Positions 1-8,198 of a stretch of DNA of 39,181 bases are shown in pieces. The notes below the pieces were generated by a model that was not told the DNA's origin, did no database searches, and saw only the letters and a list, made by a program, of their open reading frames with translations. The number at the start of each line of letters is the position of its first letter. Within the stretch, counting starts at the first letter, position 1. The stretch comes from a virus (Duplodnaviria; Caudoviricetes): positions 1-39,181 of IMG/VR virus record IMGVR_UViG_3300012352_000293; one strand, written 5' to 3'. Both the position numbers and the translations under genes were made by a program.

Positions 1-373
1 CACCAACGGAAACACCGCCAAACATAGCGGGGCTTTCTTGCATAACTTTGTAAAGGTCTGAACCCATTGTGGTGTTTGTGTACAAACGCCCTTCGGCTTT
101 CATGCCTGTATCATCAAATTCGAACGCATCCCATTGACCAACGGGGATTGCATCGGCATCGTGATTTACAAACATTGGTAGCGGGCGACCTGATTTCGCA
201 AAATCTTCAGCCCATTGCATAAAGCCTTCGGGTTGGTAGTTAAAACGCCTACCATCAGCGCCTTCACGCGCACCCCATGTTGTTACGGTGGCTTCAATTT
301 TTCCTGTGCTTTCGCCCTGCTTTTCCAAAACTAGTTTGGCTTCGCAAACCATCATCAGGTTTTTTACGGTCAT
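1..373 (-). CDS. HK97-type prohead protease, 5' part (truncated by window edge; second allele of 37489..38265)
   Basis: ATG at 373 after SD GAGG. Translates MTVKNLMMVCEAKLVLEKQGESTGKIEATVTTWGAREGADGRRF..., near-identical to 37489..38265. Confidence 0.9.
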   Translation of the reverse strand, partial: MTVKNLMMVCEAKLVLEKQGESTGKIEATVTTWGAREGADGRRFNYQPEGFMQWAEDFAKSGRPLPMFVNHDADAIPVGQWDAFEFDDTGMKAEGRLYTNTTMGSDLYKVMQESPAMFGGVSVG

Positions 374-506
374 AGATTACCTCATCGATTTTTGTTCGGT
401 CGATGTCTTGTATTAACTTAGGTGGTCGCCCCCGTTTTGGCGGCGGTTCTGTATTTGGCTTGTATGTTGCCAGAGATGCTATCACTAATTTAAAAATAGT
501 GGACAC
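294..506 (-). CDS. Small AT-hook-containing protein (overlaps protease start in another frame)
   Basis: PKRGRPPK AT-hook motif. The frame is preserved with many synonymous changes in the second allele (38189..38398). Confidence 0.65.
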   Translation of the reverse strand: MSTIFKLVIASLATYKPNTEPPPKRGRPPKLIQDIDRTKIDEVIYDRKKPDDGLRSQTSFGKAGRKHRKN

Positions 507-513
507 TTTATTT

Positions 514-1911
514 TTACTTGCCGATATTCATTTTACGGGTTTGGTTTCCACCGCCGCCGCCTGTATCTTGGGGCGATGTGCCAACAATCGGCTTATCTTT
601 CCCGCCCTTATCAATTAAATCATCAGCGCCATCGATATTGGGCATACCCAAATATTCACGCGCTTCGTTGGGGGTCATAATCCCGTTACTAACGCCCGCG
701 GTGGCAAAATTCATTTGGTCTAATGGTGCGCCTTTCAAGAAATTGCGCGTATCAAACTCAATAGACAAATTGGGGTAGCCAACAAACAAATGTTGCTTTA
801 ATTTCTGCTGAATGTTAATTAAGGTTGGGTACATGGTGGATTTATAGAATTCATCCATCATGGTTTGCGTATTGTTGTACTTTGAATCGCCAATACCAAT
901 CATTGCCGCGGGTACGCCAAACAAACCGCAAATACGCTTCATGGTTTGTTCTTTCAACTTAGCCGCATCAGTATCTTGCAGGGTAAGCATATCCAAAGGC
1001 GTGTACTTCATGCCTTGGTCTAGCAACATACCTTGACCCGCCTTGCTTGGGTCGCTTGGGCGGCTAGAAACCATTGCCGACCATGCTTCTTTCAAACGGG
1101 CGGCAATTTCTTTGTATTTGGCATCAGGAATAACTTGTTCGCTAGTGAACATACCGCTTGGCTTTGCGCCGTTCTGCATGATGTAGTTGGCGTACAAATC
1201 AATGTCTTGGTCTAAAGAAACCAATTCAGCCGCCAAGATGCCTTTGTTGAAACCCGCAGAACCTTGCCAGTTCATTTCCTTAATGTGCATCACTTGGTTA
1301 AAGTTCAGCGGTTCATCGCGGTTGAAACCATAACTAGGCGTACTCAAACGATAAGATGGGTAACGCGCAGGCGTGATTGTTACGGCAATCAGCGTTGAAT
1401 CAAGCAAGTACATTTCCAATGGTGTTTCGGTTGTACTTTTTTGATCTTTGCGCCACCAAAGGGTAAACGCTTCGCCTGCCAGTTCGTACCACATCAACCA
1501 CTGATACCAAAATTCATATGTGCTTTGGAAATGGTTTGGTTGCGCCAAAAGGTTGGCAACTTGTTTGGCTTTGGCTTTATCACGCGCACCAACCAAATCG
1601 GATTTGACCGCATCCACATAATTGCCTTCTTCATCTTGGCAAACAACGCGAATAGGCAGTTGGGACAGCGCACGGGCTTTTGCCGCAACGCAAGCCATGA
1701 TGGTGCTGTTGCGGGTTAATAGCGACATATCCACGGGGCGACCCGCGGTATTGGTTGCGCCTGTGGTTACATAAAGAATCTGGGTATTGACATTTGGGGC
1801 TTGTTTTGAACCCTGATATACGATGTTATTGCCTAGCGCAGACTGCCCAAAAAGCACATTAGATTCTTTTTGTTCGCCTTTATTGCGCTTGAAAATATCA
1901 AAAATAGCCAT
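514..1911 (-). CDS. Portal protein, HK97 family
   Basis: Typical motifs (MACVAAKARALSQLP, NGAKPSG, ICGLFGVPAAMIG, GIMTPNEAREYLG). Lies between terminase and protease. ATG at 1911 (MAIFDIF) preferred. Confidence 0.95.
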   Translation of the reverse strand: MAIFDIFKRNKGEQKESNVLFGQSALGNNIVYQGSKQAPNVNTQILYVTTGATNTAGRPVDMSLLTRNSTIMACVAAKARALSQLPIRVVCQDEEGNYVDAVKSDLVGARDKAKAKQVANLLAQPNHFQSTYEFWYQWLMWYELAGEAFTLWWRKDQKSTTETPLEMYLLDSTLIAVTITPARYPSYRLSTPSYGFNRDEPLNFNQVMHIKEMNWQGSAGFNKGILAAELVSLDQDIDLYANYIMQNGAKPSGMFTSEQVIPDAKYKEIAARLKEAWSAMVSSRPSDPSKAGQGMLLDQGMKYTPLDMLTLQDTDAAKLKEQTMKRICGLFGVPAAMIGIGDSKYNNTQTMMDEFYKSTMYPTLINIQQKLKQHLFVGYPNLSIEFDTRNFLKGAPLDQMNFATAGVSNGIMTPNEAREYLGMPNIDGADDLIDKGGKDKPIVGTSPQDTGGGGGNQTRKMNIGK

Positions 1912-1935
1912 GTTTTTCCCCAATTTCCTGATGGT

Positions 1936-3615
1936 TTACCATTCAAAACTTCTAAACCCAAATGTATCAGAAACAAAAACATTGTCCAGATGGCAATGCA
2001 AAGCCATAATCATTGCAATAATTCCGTCAACTTTTGCAGATGTATCGGCTTCATTCTTGCGAACTTTGACATTCCCGTTTACATCTGTATAAACTTCTGC
2101 GTTTCCTAGTTGCCAACCAACAAACGGGTTGCCATCGTGCATGATTCCCTTTTTCAGAATCAATTGTTCTGCGGTTTTAGATGGGTTGGAAAGAACGGCC
2201 ATACCCTGCCCAACCTTTTTTACAGGCAAACCTTCGGCATACAAATTAGCCACCAGTGAAGCCGCGTTGTACGGGTCATATCCAATTTCTTTTACATCGT
2301 ACTTTAGGCATTGCTGTTTTATGTAGCCTTCAACTTCGTTTAGGTCGGTCACATTCCCTTGCGTTAGCCGCAGAATGCCACTTTGATGGGCCTGCATGAA
2401 AATCGATTTGTAATGATTCGGGATTAAATCTAGGCTTTCGATTGGCAAGAAAAATTGGAATTCTGCAAAGAACTTTTCTTCTGAATATCGGTGCAAAGTG
2501 CAAACCGCGTTTAAGTCGCGGGAATATGCCAAGTCAAATGCAACAAAAGTTGATTCGGGTTTGTCGGCAGGCATATCGCAAATTGAATCATCCCAATAGC
2601 GCCTATCGACCCATGCGCTGTTTGCAGAAACATAAATGTTCAGTTGTTTACACAGGAATTCGTTAAGGCTTGCAGGCTTGGCTTGGGCCTCTTGCGCCAT
2701 GTGCCTGATGTGTTCTTTGGTTACAGAAATGCCAAGCATAGGATTGGCTTTGGCCCAAACTTCTTCGTTTGACCATTCATCGCCTGCATCTATGGAATAC
2801 AGTAAACCAAACCATCTGTGGTTATCTTCTGCCGCGCCACGCAACACATTTCTTAGGTGGTTCAAATCCTCAAAGAACTTTGTTTCACGGGTAAACGATG
2901 CAGTTGTTAGGTACATCCTTAAAGGATTCTTACGCGCACCCATACCCGAATGCAAAACTTCAATTGAGCCGCGTTCGGTAATTTGTGCCGCTTCATCAAT
3001 CATGGCGCATGATGGGTTTTTACCATCGCCTGTTTTCCTGTTTTCACGGGATAGGGCGCGATAGGTAGAAGTTGAATCGCCTGCCTTTTTTAACTCGCTT
3101 CGGTACACAACAAACTTTTGTTGGAATTCAGCAACCATGTTTTCAATGATGGCCTTTGAAGAATCAAAGCAAATTGAAGCCTGTTCGCGGTTGGTCGCCA
3201 AGGTGAAAACCTCTGCGCCTGCATCGCCAAACTGCAATTCATACAGGGCAATAATCGATGCCAAAGTTGTCTTGCCTGATTTCCGCGGCACAAACAAAAT
3301 TACATCTGTCACCCAACGAACTGTTCTATCTTTCCTATCCCTGAACCCGTAAATGGCCGCCAGAAACAGAACTTGGAAAGGTTGCAATGTGATTGGCTTT
3401 CCCGCTTCAGCACCCTTCACATGGCGGCAGAACTTGGCAAACTTCAGTATGTGTTCGGCCTTTTCTGGCACAAACTCATAAGGCGCATCCCTGCGTTCCA
3501 CCATATCCAAGAATCGTTGGGCGGCTAACTTAACATCTTCACAGGCTGAAATGTCGCCAAGGGTAACGCCCCTAGCGTATTGGAAAGCGGGTTCAAGCAG
3601 TGGCGAATAACTCAT
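1936..3615 (-). CDS. terL: Terminase large subunit
   Basis: Walker A VPRKSGKTT, Walker B AMIDEA, nuclease domain FDLAYSRDL and KVDGIIA; 559 aa. Confidence 0.97.
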   Translation of the reverse strand: MSYSPLLEPAFQYARGVTLGDISACEDVKLAAQRFLDMVERRDAPYEFVPEKAEHILKFAKFCRHVKGAEAGKPITLQPFQVLFLAAIYGFRDRKDRTVRWVTDVILFVPRKSGKTTLASIIALYELQFGDAGAEVFTLATNREQASICFDSSKAIIENMVAEFQQKFVVYRSELKKAGDSTSTYRALSRENRKTGDGKNPSCAMIDEAAQITERGSIEVLHSGMGARKNPLRMYLTTASFTRETKFFEDLNHLRNVLRGAAEDNHRWFGLLYSIDAGDEWSNEEVWAKANPMLGISVTKEHIRHMAQEAQAKPASLNEFLCKQLNIYVSANSAWVDRRYWDDSICDMPADKPESTFVAFDLAYSRDLNAVCTLHRYSEEKFFAEFQFFLPIESLDLIPNHYKSIFMQAHQSGILRLTQGNVTDLNEVEGYIKQQCLKYDVKEIGYDPYNAASLVANLYAEGLPVKKVGQGMAVLSNPSKTAEQLILKKGIMHDGNPFVGWQLGNAEVYTDVNGNVKVRKNEADTSAKVDGIIAMIMALHCHLDNVFVSDTFGFRSFEW

Positions 3616-3964
3616 CTACTTCTGACACCTTGTTTTTAATCTTTGGGCGACCCCTTGCCACCAATGCTAGTTCGGCAAGAATCTTTATTGCTTTGTCCAT
3701 TGATTCGGTTCTTATCTTGTAATACGGGCTTGGCGCATCACCCGCGTTGTAATGGTAAATCGCGCCATTTTCCAAAAGTCCCATGTGCGCTTCAACCAAA
3801 GTGTCAACCACCAGAACCAACGAACCAACTAGCAGTTCATCAGATGCAGTTAACGCGCCTGTTGAATTCTCGACCTCATTTCTGATGGCTGTTTCAAATG
3901 CGTCTGCGTTCCATGTTTCAGGATTACGCAAAAAGCCAATAATTTGTTTTGGTGCTTTTTTCAT
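3593..3964 (-). CDS. terS: Terminase small subunit (P27-like)
   Basis: Directly upstream of and overlapping terL; 123 aa; PSPYYKIR...ILAELAL...R pattern resembles P27-family TerS. Confidence 0.8.
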   Translation of the reverse strand: MKKAPKQIIGFLRNPETWNADAFETAIRNEVENSTGALTASDELLVGSLVLVVDTLVEAHMGLLENGAIYHYNAGDAPSPYYKIRTESMDKAIKILAELALVARGRPKIKNKVSEVDELFATA

Positions 3965-4095
3965 TTTTTTATCTTAGTCGGTTTGGTGTATATTAGCAAT
4001 CTTATATCCCCCCCTAACTTTGTCTTTCTACGAAAAGACCCCCGCGCTTGCTTTTACGGCATCCCCAAATTTTTAAGTTTATTAATACAAAAGAC
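3965..4095. other. Probable packaging (cos) region between HNH and terS
   Basis: Non-coding gap with C runs and a GC-rich patch (gacccccgcgc), where HK97-like cos phages place cos. Positional inference only. Confidence 0.4.
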
Positions 4096-4536
4096 CTATT
4101 CTAACGGGCGCATATGGTATTCGCGAACCATGTATGCGTAATCGTGCTTTGTGTAGTCTTTAGCACCTTGTTGGGCATAGTGTCGATAGATGCCCTGCTT
4201 TTCTAGCCCTGTCTTTTGGCTATGGCAGTTATGGCAAAGTGATTGGAATATGTTGCGGCTAAACGCCTGACCGCCTATATGCTTCCACGCAAACAGATGG
4301 TCTATATGCTTTGCCGCGGCCACTATGCCCCTCGATAAACATCCTTGACACAGGGGTTGCTTGCTTATCTGTGCCGCCCTTATTGTTTTCCATAATGGTG
4401 TTTGGTACGCGCTATCTGTCTCGCGCCTAGCCATATTGTCCATGCCACCATGTTCTAAGCAGTAGGTGTTCAGTTTACTTCTAGGGTTCTTACATCCTAG
4501 TTCTGCACACTTACTGTTAGATGGTACTGATGGCAT
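4096..4536 (-). CDS. HNH endonuclease (terminase-associated, HK97 gp74-like)
   Basis: PLCQGC...HIDH...FQSLCHNCHSQKT motif; adjacent to terS. Confidence 0.9.
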   Translation of the reverse strand: MPSVPSNSKCAELGCKNPRSKLNTYCLEHGGMDNMARRETDSAYQTPLWKTIRAAQISKQPLCQGCLSRGIVAAAKHIDHLFAWKHIGGQAFSRNIFQSLCHNCHSQKTGLEKQGIYRHYAQQGAKDYTKHDYAYMVREYHMRPLE

Positions 4537-4928
4537 TAGGCTAAGAACCGCAGTTTGTACAGGGTACTGTTAATAAGGTTAGCGATTGTGTCCACCTCAT
4601 TTTGCAATTCGCTATCCTGTGGAAAGCCTGCCATTCTGCGTAATGTCTCTACCTCATCTTTCAGGTATGTAAGGTACGCGACAGGTTCAGTTGCGGGCAG
4701 TTCATAGTCTGCTTTGTAGTTGGTCAGCAGGCCGTACTTACCTTGGAATGCTTCAACAAATCCATCGACCAAATCGCCAACTTCATCGTAATAAGCGCCC
4801 AATGCCATGTGCTGTGAATAACTCAGGCTTTGGAAATGCAGAATGTGGGCGTTGGTTACGCTATGCAATAAGCATTGAACGAACTGCATCACGGGGTCTT
4901 TTTGGGTTGCTTCTGCGCGAAATTTCAT
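4536..4928 (-). CDS. Ferritin/Dps-like four-helix protein (DUF5856-like)
   Basis: HILHFQSLSYSQHMALGAYYDEVGDLVDGFVEAFQGKYG...YKLRFL pattern. Confidence 0.7.
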   Translation of the reverse strand: MKFRAEATQKDPVMQFVQCLLHSVTNAHILHFQSLSYSQHMALGAYYDEVGDLVDGFVEAFQGKYGLLTNYKADYELPATEPVAYLTYLKDEVETLRRMAGFPQDSELQNEVDTIANLINSTLYKLRFLA

Positions 4929-5254
4929 AATAAACCTTCAGGTATTGGTACATCATCAGGCCAAAGGCCATATGCCTGCAATTTTCTCACTGTTTCTTTA
5001 TGTGCGTAAAGCCATATTTTTTGGCGTTCTTCTTTGGTCAATCCTTTGCCTTGGTCAATTTCCATGTGGCATTCATGGCATAGGCTTGCAATTAGGTTGT
5101 CATCTGCCTTGATTCCACGGCCTTTGCCCCCTTGCCAATTGGTATGTGCGGCCACCACTGTGCCATCGTCTGCCCCGCAGTACTGACACGGGATTTCACG
5201 GGCATGGCGTAAAAGGGTTTGGCTTCTGATGTATTGATGTTTAGGAAATCTCAT
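4925..5254 (-). CDS. HNH-like nuclease (DUF968/DUF1364-type)
   Basis: CQYCG...AAH...GRGIKADD...LCHECH zinc/HNH motif. Confidence 0.75.
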   Translation of the reverse strand: MRFPKHQYIRSQTLLRHAREIPCQYCGADDGTVVAAHTNWQGGKGRGIKADDNLIASLCHECHMEIDQGKGLTKEERQKIWLYAHKETVRKLQAYGLWPDDVPIPEGLL

Positions 5255-5715
5255 TCAATTTCAACCACTAGGTTGCCGTTTGATTTAATGTAATCGCGGG
5301 TTTTCTTCACATACTTTTCAAAGTCTGCACGGATTACGCTTGCCTGTTGCAAATCAGCATATTCGATTAAATCCCTGATTGCCTGAATGCCAATGCCATC
5401 TAAGCCCATCCGCATGGTTTCCTGATAGCGCATAGCGGCTTTATGCAGGGCATCTTGGGCTTTCTCGCATACAGGCAGAACTTCGTCTTTGCCTATGCCT
5501 GCACGGGCCATTTGCTCAGACAAATTAAGCACATCAACTAGCGTGCGCCAATCCTGTACTGTTCCATTGCCCTTTGTGATGGCTTCCAGTGCCGCATATT
5601 CGGTTAGCCGCAGTTTGTCCAATGTCTGCCTTGGGGTAATGGCCGCGCCAATGATTACATGGGCAATCGGGTCGCTTAACAATCCCCAAATTTTGCGTTT
5701 AGTTCGTTTCCGCAT
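5251..5715 (-). CDS. Hypothetical phage protein
   Basis: 154-aa ORF with stop/start overlaps on both sides. Confidence 0.75.
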   Translation of the reverse strand: MRKRTKRKIWGLLSDPIAHVIIGAAITPRQTLDKLRLTEYAALEAITKGNGTVQDWRTLVDVLNLSEQMARAGIGKDEVLPVCEKAQDALHKAAMRYQETMRMGLDGIGIQAIRDLIEYADLQQASVIRADFEKYVKKTRDYIKSNGNLVVEIE

Positions 5716-5951
5716 TATTTTTTTAGGCTTCTTACATATTGGGCGAATGATGCCGCTGTGTCCCCAAAATTGGTGAACTTTTCCAGTTCTTTGGCTACTT
5801 CTTCCAACACCTGATTGCGTTGCGATGGGGAAACAAACAAATCGTAATGGTAGGGTTGACCTTCCATATCCCTTAGTATTTGCTTGCCAAGGTTGCTGTT
5901 TCTTTCAACCTCGTTAAATGCTTCGTCTTCCTCTTTTGTCCAGTCAGTCAT
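5715..5951 (-). CDS. Hypothetical phage protein
   Basis: 78 aa, translationally coupled; RNQVLEEVAK-type motif common in phage small proteins. Confidence 0.7.
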   Translation of the reverse strand: MTDWTKEEDEAFNEVERNSNLGKQILRDMEGQPYHYDLFVSPSQRNQVLEEVAKELEKFTNFGDTAASFAQYVRSLKK

Positions 5952-6349
5952 GCTTCCCCCTTAATGCCGTGTGCGGCTTCGATGGCTCTGGCAAGCGTTA
6001 TGACATTTACCTTGTCGTCCCAATCAACTTCGCATGAAGCCCAAGCGTCTTCAATTTCCTCATCCGTCAGCGGCTTGCGCTGTGGTGGGGTGGTGTAGAG
6101 GGGTACTCTGTCTTCACCAGAGGTTTTGTAAATCGTGCCACACCCGACAGAATCAAAGTGGTCACGCACCTCTTCAATCTTTACCCAACCCTCGACTGCG
6201 TTCCAGTATTCAAAAGGCTCATCCTTTGCTTCTAGTGCGGCTTTAATTCCGTTGATGGCTCGTTTTCTGGTGCATTTGCAATCGTCAGCGCAGATGTCTG
6301 ACATTTCCAACGCCTCCAATGCAAGGCGTAATGCTTCGTCTTTAGTCAT
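5948..6349 (-). CDS. Hypothetical phage protein (PLTDEEI family)
   Basis: SD GGAGG; MTKDEALRLALEAL...PLYT...PLTDEEI...ARAIEAAHGI motif. Confidence 0.8.
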   Translation of the reverse strand: MTKDEALRLALEALEMSDICADDCKCTRKRAINGIKAALEAKDEPFEYWNAVEGWVKIEEVRDHFDSVGCGTIYKTSGEDRVPLYTTPPQRKPLTDEEIEDAWASCEVDWDDKVNVITLARAIEAAHGIKGEA

Positions 6350-6537
6350 TTAGCACCTCCGTTGATTCGGTTTTGTTTAAGGTGTACGCCTGTGATTCTC
6401 TTTAACCAACAGGCTTGACAGTTCCACTTTACGCCTATGTCGATACCACCTTCGGGCGGCTTTTCTGTATTGCATTTGACGCATAGTTTGAACTTATGGC
6501 TTTCATGGGTTGACCCCATGTCTATCGATGGCATCAT
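6346..6537 (-). CDS. Small Zn-finger-like hypothetical protein
   Basis: CVKC...CQAC; coupled to neighbours. Confidence 0.65.
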   Translation of the reverse strand: MMPSIDMGSTHESHKFKLCVKCNTEKPPEGGIDIGVKWNCQACWLKRITGVHLKQNRINGGAK

Positions 6538-6689
6538 GTTTTTGGTTGCAGTGAAATTGGAATGTAAATACAGGCTTTGCTTTTACTGTTTTTCAGGTTG
6601 ACATAGTAGGCTTCGGCCTTGGTATTTAACCTTTTACAGTTTTGACATTTTGAATCTATTTCCCGCGGTTTACAACTTAGGTAATTCAT
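6534..6689 (-). CDS. Small Cys-rich hypothetical protein (51 aa, not in ORF track)
   Basis: [20 protein letters not shown]...KACIYIP; ATGA overlaps at both ends fill the gap exactly. Confidence 0.6.
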   Translation of the reverse strand: MNYLSCKPREIDSKCQNCKRLNTKAEAYYVNLKNSKSKACIYIPISLQPKT

Positions 6690-6931
6690 GGTTCTTGCAC
6701 CCTGTCTTTTTCTTCTTTAATGTGTTGCGCTAATTTATTGACACCAATCATTTCTAGGTCTGAAAACTGTTCTTCAGATAACAAGCCCATCACGCTAATG
6801 CCTTCAAATGTCACTTCTTCAATATTTTCAAAATATGGGCCATCTTCATCGCGTTCGTAAGACATTTTGCAAGTGACAGTTTCGCCCCCTGCGCCCGTTG
6901 TGGCATTGAATTCAAATTCGTAATCGTTCAT
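6686..6931 (-). CDS. Acidic hypothetical protein
   Basis: 81 aa, strongly Glu/Asp-rich; ATGA overlaps. Confidence 0.7.
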   Translation of the reverse strand: MNDYEFEFNATTGAGGETVTCKMSYERDEDGPYFENIEEVTFEGISVMGLLSEEQFSDLEMIGVNKLAQHIKEEKDRVQEP

Positions 6932-7023
6932 AAGGGTGCATCCTCGAAATTGTCGGGGTTAAAACGGGGAACGCGTGTTCCCTTATCTTTTGGGTTTGGA
7001 AAAGGTGGAAAAGGCCAGTTCAT
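6928..7023 (-). CDS. Pro-rich micro-protein (31 aa, not in ORF track)
   Basis: [31 protein letters not shown]; ATGA overlaps at both ends. Confidence 0.6.
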   Translation of the reverse strand: MNWPFPPFPNPKDKGTRVPRFNPDNFEDAPL

Positions 7024-7226
7024 GCGGCCACCACTTGAAGTTCTGCCAATTGTTTGCTACTAACAATTTTCACAACGCCTTTTGCTTCTGCGTGTGTCCA
7101 TCTTTTAGCAATGACAAACTTAACGGCTTGGTTAAGGGTGCATGGAATTGTTTTGACAATCCAAGTATTGTTGAAGTCATCCAACATCACAACAAAGTAA
7201 TCTTTTTTCCAAGAATTTGATTTCAT
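7020..7226 (-). CDS. Hypothetical protein driven by cassette promoter
   Basis: ATG at 7226 (MKSNSWKK) follows the conserved leader ...ggtctttacgaaagcgcaaaATG. Confidence 0.7.
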   Translation of the reverse strand: MKSNSWKKDYFVVMLDDFNNTWIVKTIPCTLNQAVKFVIAKRWTHAEAKGVVKIVSSKQLAELQVVAA

Positions 7227-7297
7227 TTTGCGCTTTCGTAAAGACCAAGAACTATTGGCATGGGTCAATTATAAGCGGGCTTATATATCCTACGCAA
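7227..7297 (-). promoter_or_regulatory. Cassette promoter copy D: TTGCGT-N18-TATAAT with operator TATAAG-N4-CTTATA and 5' hairpin leader
   Basis: Palindrome at 7270-7285. Minus strand reads tataagcccgcttataattgacccatgccaatagttcttggtctttacgaaag, aligning with the three plus-strand copies. Confidence 0.8.
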
Positions 7298-7305
7298 GCG
7301 CATGG

Positions 7306-7638
7306 TTATTCTGTTGCTTTTATGCCATTTCGTTCATTGGCCGATTCTGTGCGCCACACTTCCGACCGCATTTGGGCCGCGGTTAGCATCCATCTTAGGC
7401 TTTCTTCTTGTTCGATGGCTACTGCCAAGCCGCGCAACAATTCTTGATATTCTGGGTGCGCGTAGGCTTCGCGTTCCTGTGCCGCGGCACTTTCGTAACC
7501 CATTTGCAATGCGTCTTTCATCAACAACGCTTTTTTGGTCTTTCGGAATTCTTCAAGGTATATGCGTTCGCTTTTAGCCTTGGCGTATTTAGGCGCATGG
7601 GTAATGATGAAATCTATGGCTTTGTAAGGCGGGGTCAT
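7306..7638 (-). CDS. Coiled-coil protein, possibly UvsY-like recombination mediator
   Basis: Helical AAQEREAYAHPEYQELL...WRT pattern; function tentative. Confidence 0.55.
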   Translation of the reverse strand: MTPPYKAIDFIITHAPKYAKAKSERIYLEEFRKTKKALLMKDALQMGYESAAAQEREAYAHPEYQELLRGLAVAIEQEESLRWMLTAAQMRSEVWRTESANERNGIKATE

Positions 7639-7901
7639 TTAATCATTCCAATCATTCTTAGGGCAGATTCGGGGCTGTCAATGCGGCACAAGGTACTTCC
7701 AGACCAATTGTCGAAAAAGTCGGCTTGTAGGGCTGTCAAACGCTTTTTAGAACCCGATTTGATTTCAACCAAGAATGTGTGGCCGTGATATCCAACCAGA
7801 AGGTCAACAGGCAGGCCAATAATCCAAACATATGCGCCTGCCGCCCGTAGTGCTGAAACGATTTGGTCTTGGTTGGCATCGACCCTTGCGGCATATCTCA
7901 T
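7635..7901 (-). CDS. VRR-NUC-like PD-(D/E)xK nuclease
   Basis: PVDLLVG...FLVEIK...LTALQADF motif. Confidence 0.8.
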   Translation of the reverse strand: MRYAARVDANQDQIVSALRAAGAYVWIIGLPVDLLVGYHGHTFLVEIKSGSKKRLTALQADFFDNWSGSTLCRIDSPESALRMIGMIK

Positions 7902-8104
7902 TTTTTCTTTTCTTTCATTGTGTTCATTCTTCGCTTCAAATCATCTGCGGCAGTTTGGCCGCGCTTGGCCGCAATGTCCTTAATGATTTTTGACCACCAT
8001 TCGATTGCTTCCCCGCGCCCTTCTTCCAATTGTTTTTTGCGATAACGCGCAATCCATTCACGCGCTTCGCAATCCTTAAAGTGTTCCATGTCCATCAATA
8101 TCAC
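7898..8104 (-). CDS. Hypothetical protein
   Basis: CEAREWI...KRG motif; exact start uncertain. Confidence 0.6.
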   Translation of the reverse strand: MILMDMEHFKDCEAREWIARYRKKQLEEGRGEAIEWWSKIIKDIAAKRGQTAADDLKRRMNTMKEKKK

Positions 8105-8198
8105 CCGTTAATTCCAAGGCTTTGCGAATAACCCATTGCGGGTAAATAACCCCATCCCGCACCCTATCCAAAATCCGCATTGCCATTTCGTATGTCAT
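8076..8198 (-). CDS. Small hypothetical protein (40 aa, not in ORF track)
   Basis: MTYEMAMRILDRVRDG...KALELTGD; ATGA overlap with the mom-like stop. Confidence 0.6.
   Translation of the reverse strand: MTYEMAMRILDRVRDGVIYPQWVIRKALELTGDIDGHGTL

Larger units (their letters stand above)
1..1286. repeat. Imperfect terminal direct repeat, left copy (matches 37896-39181)
   Basis: Both copies start caccaac(g/a)gaaacaccgccaaacat and end ttcatttccttaatgt. They are the same length, with compensating 3-nt indels and mostly synonymous substitutions. Confidence 0.95.
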
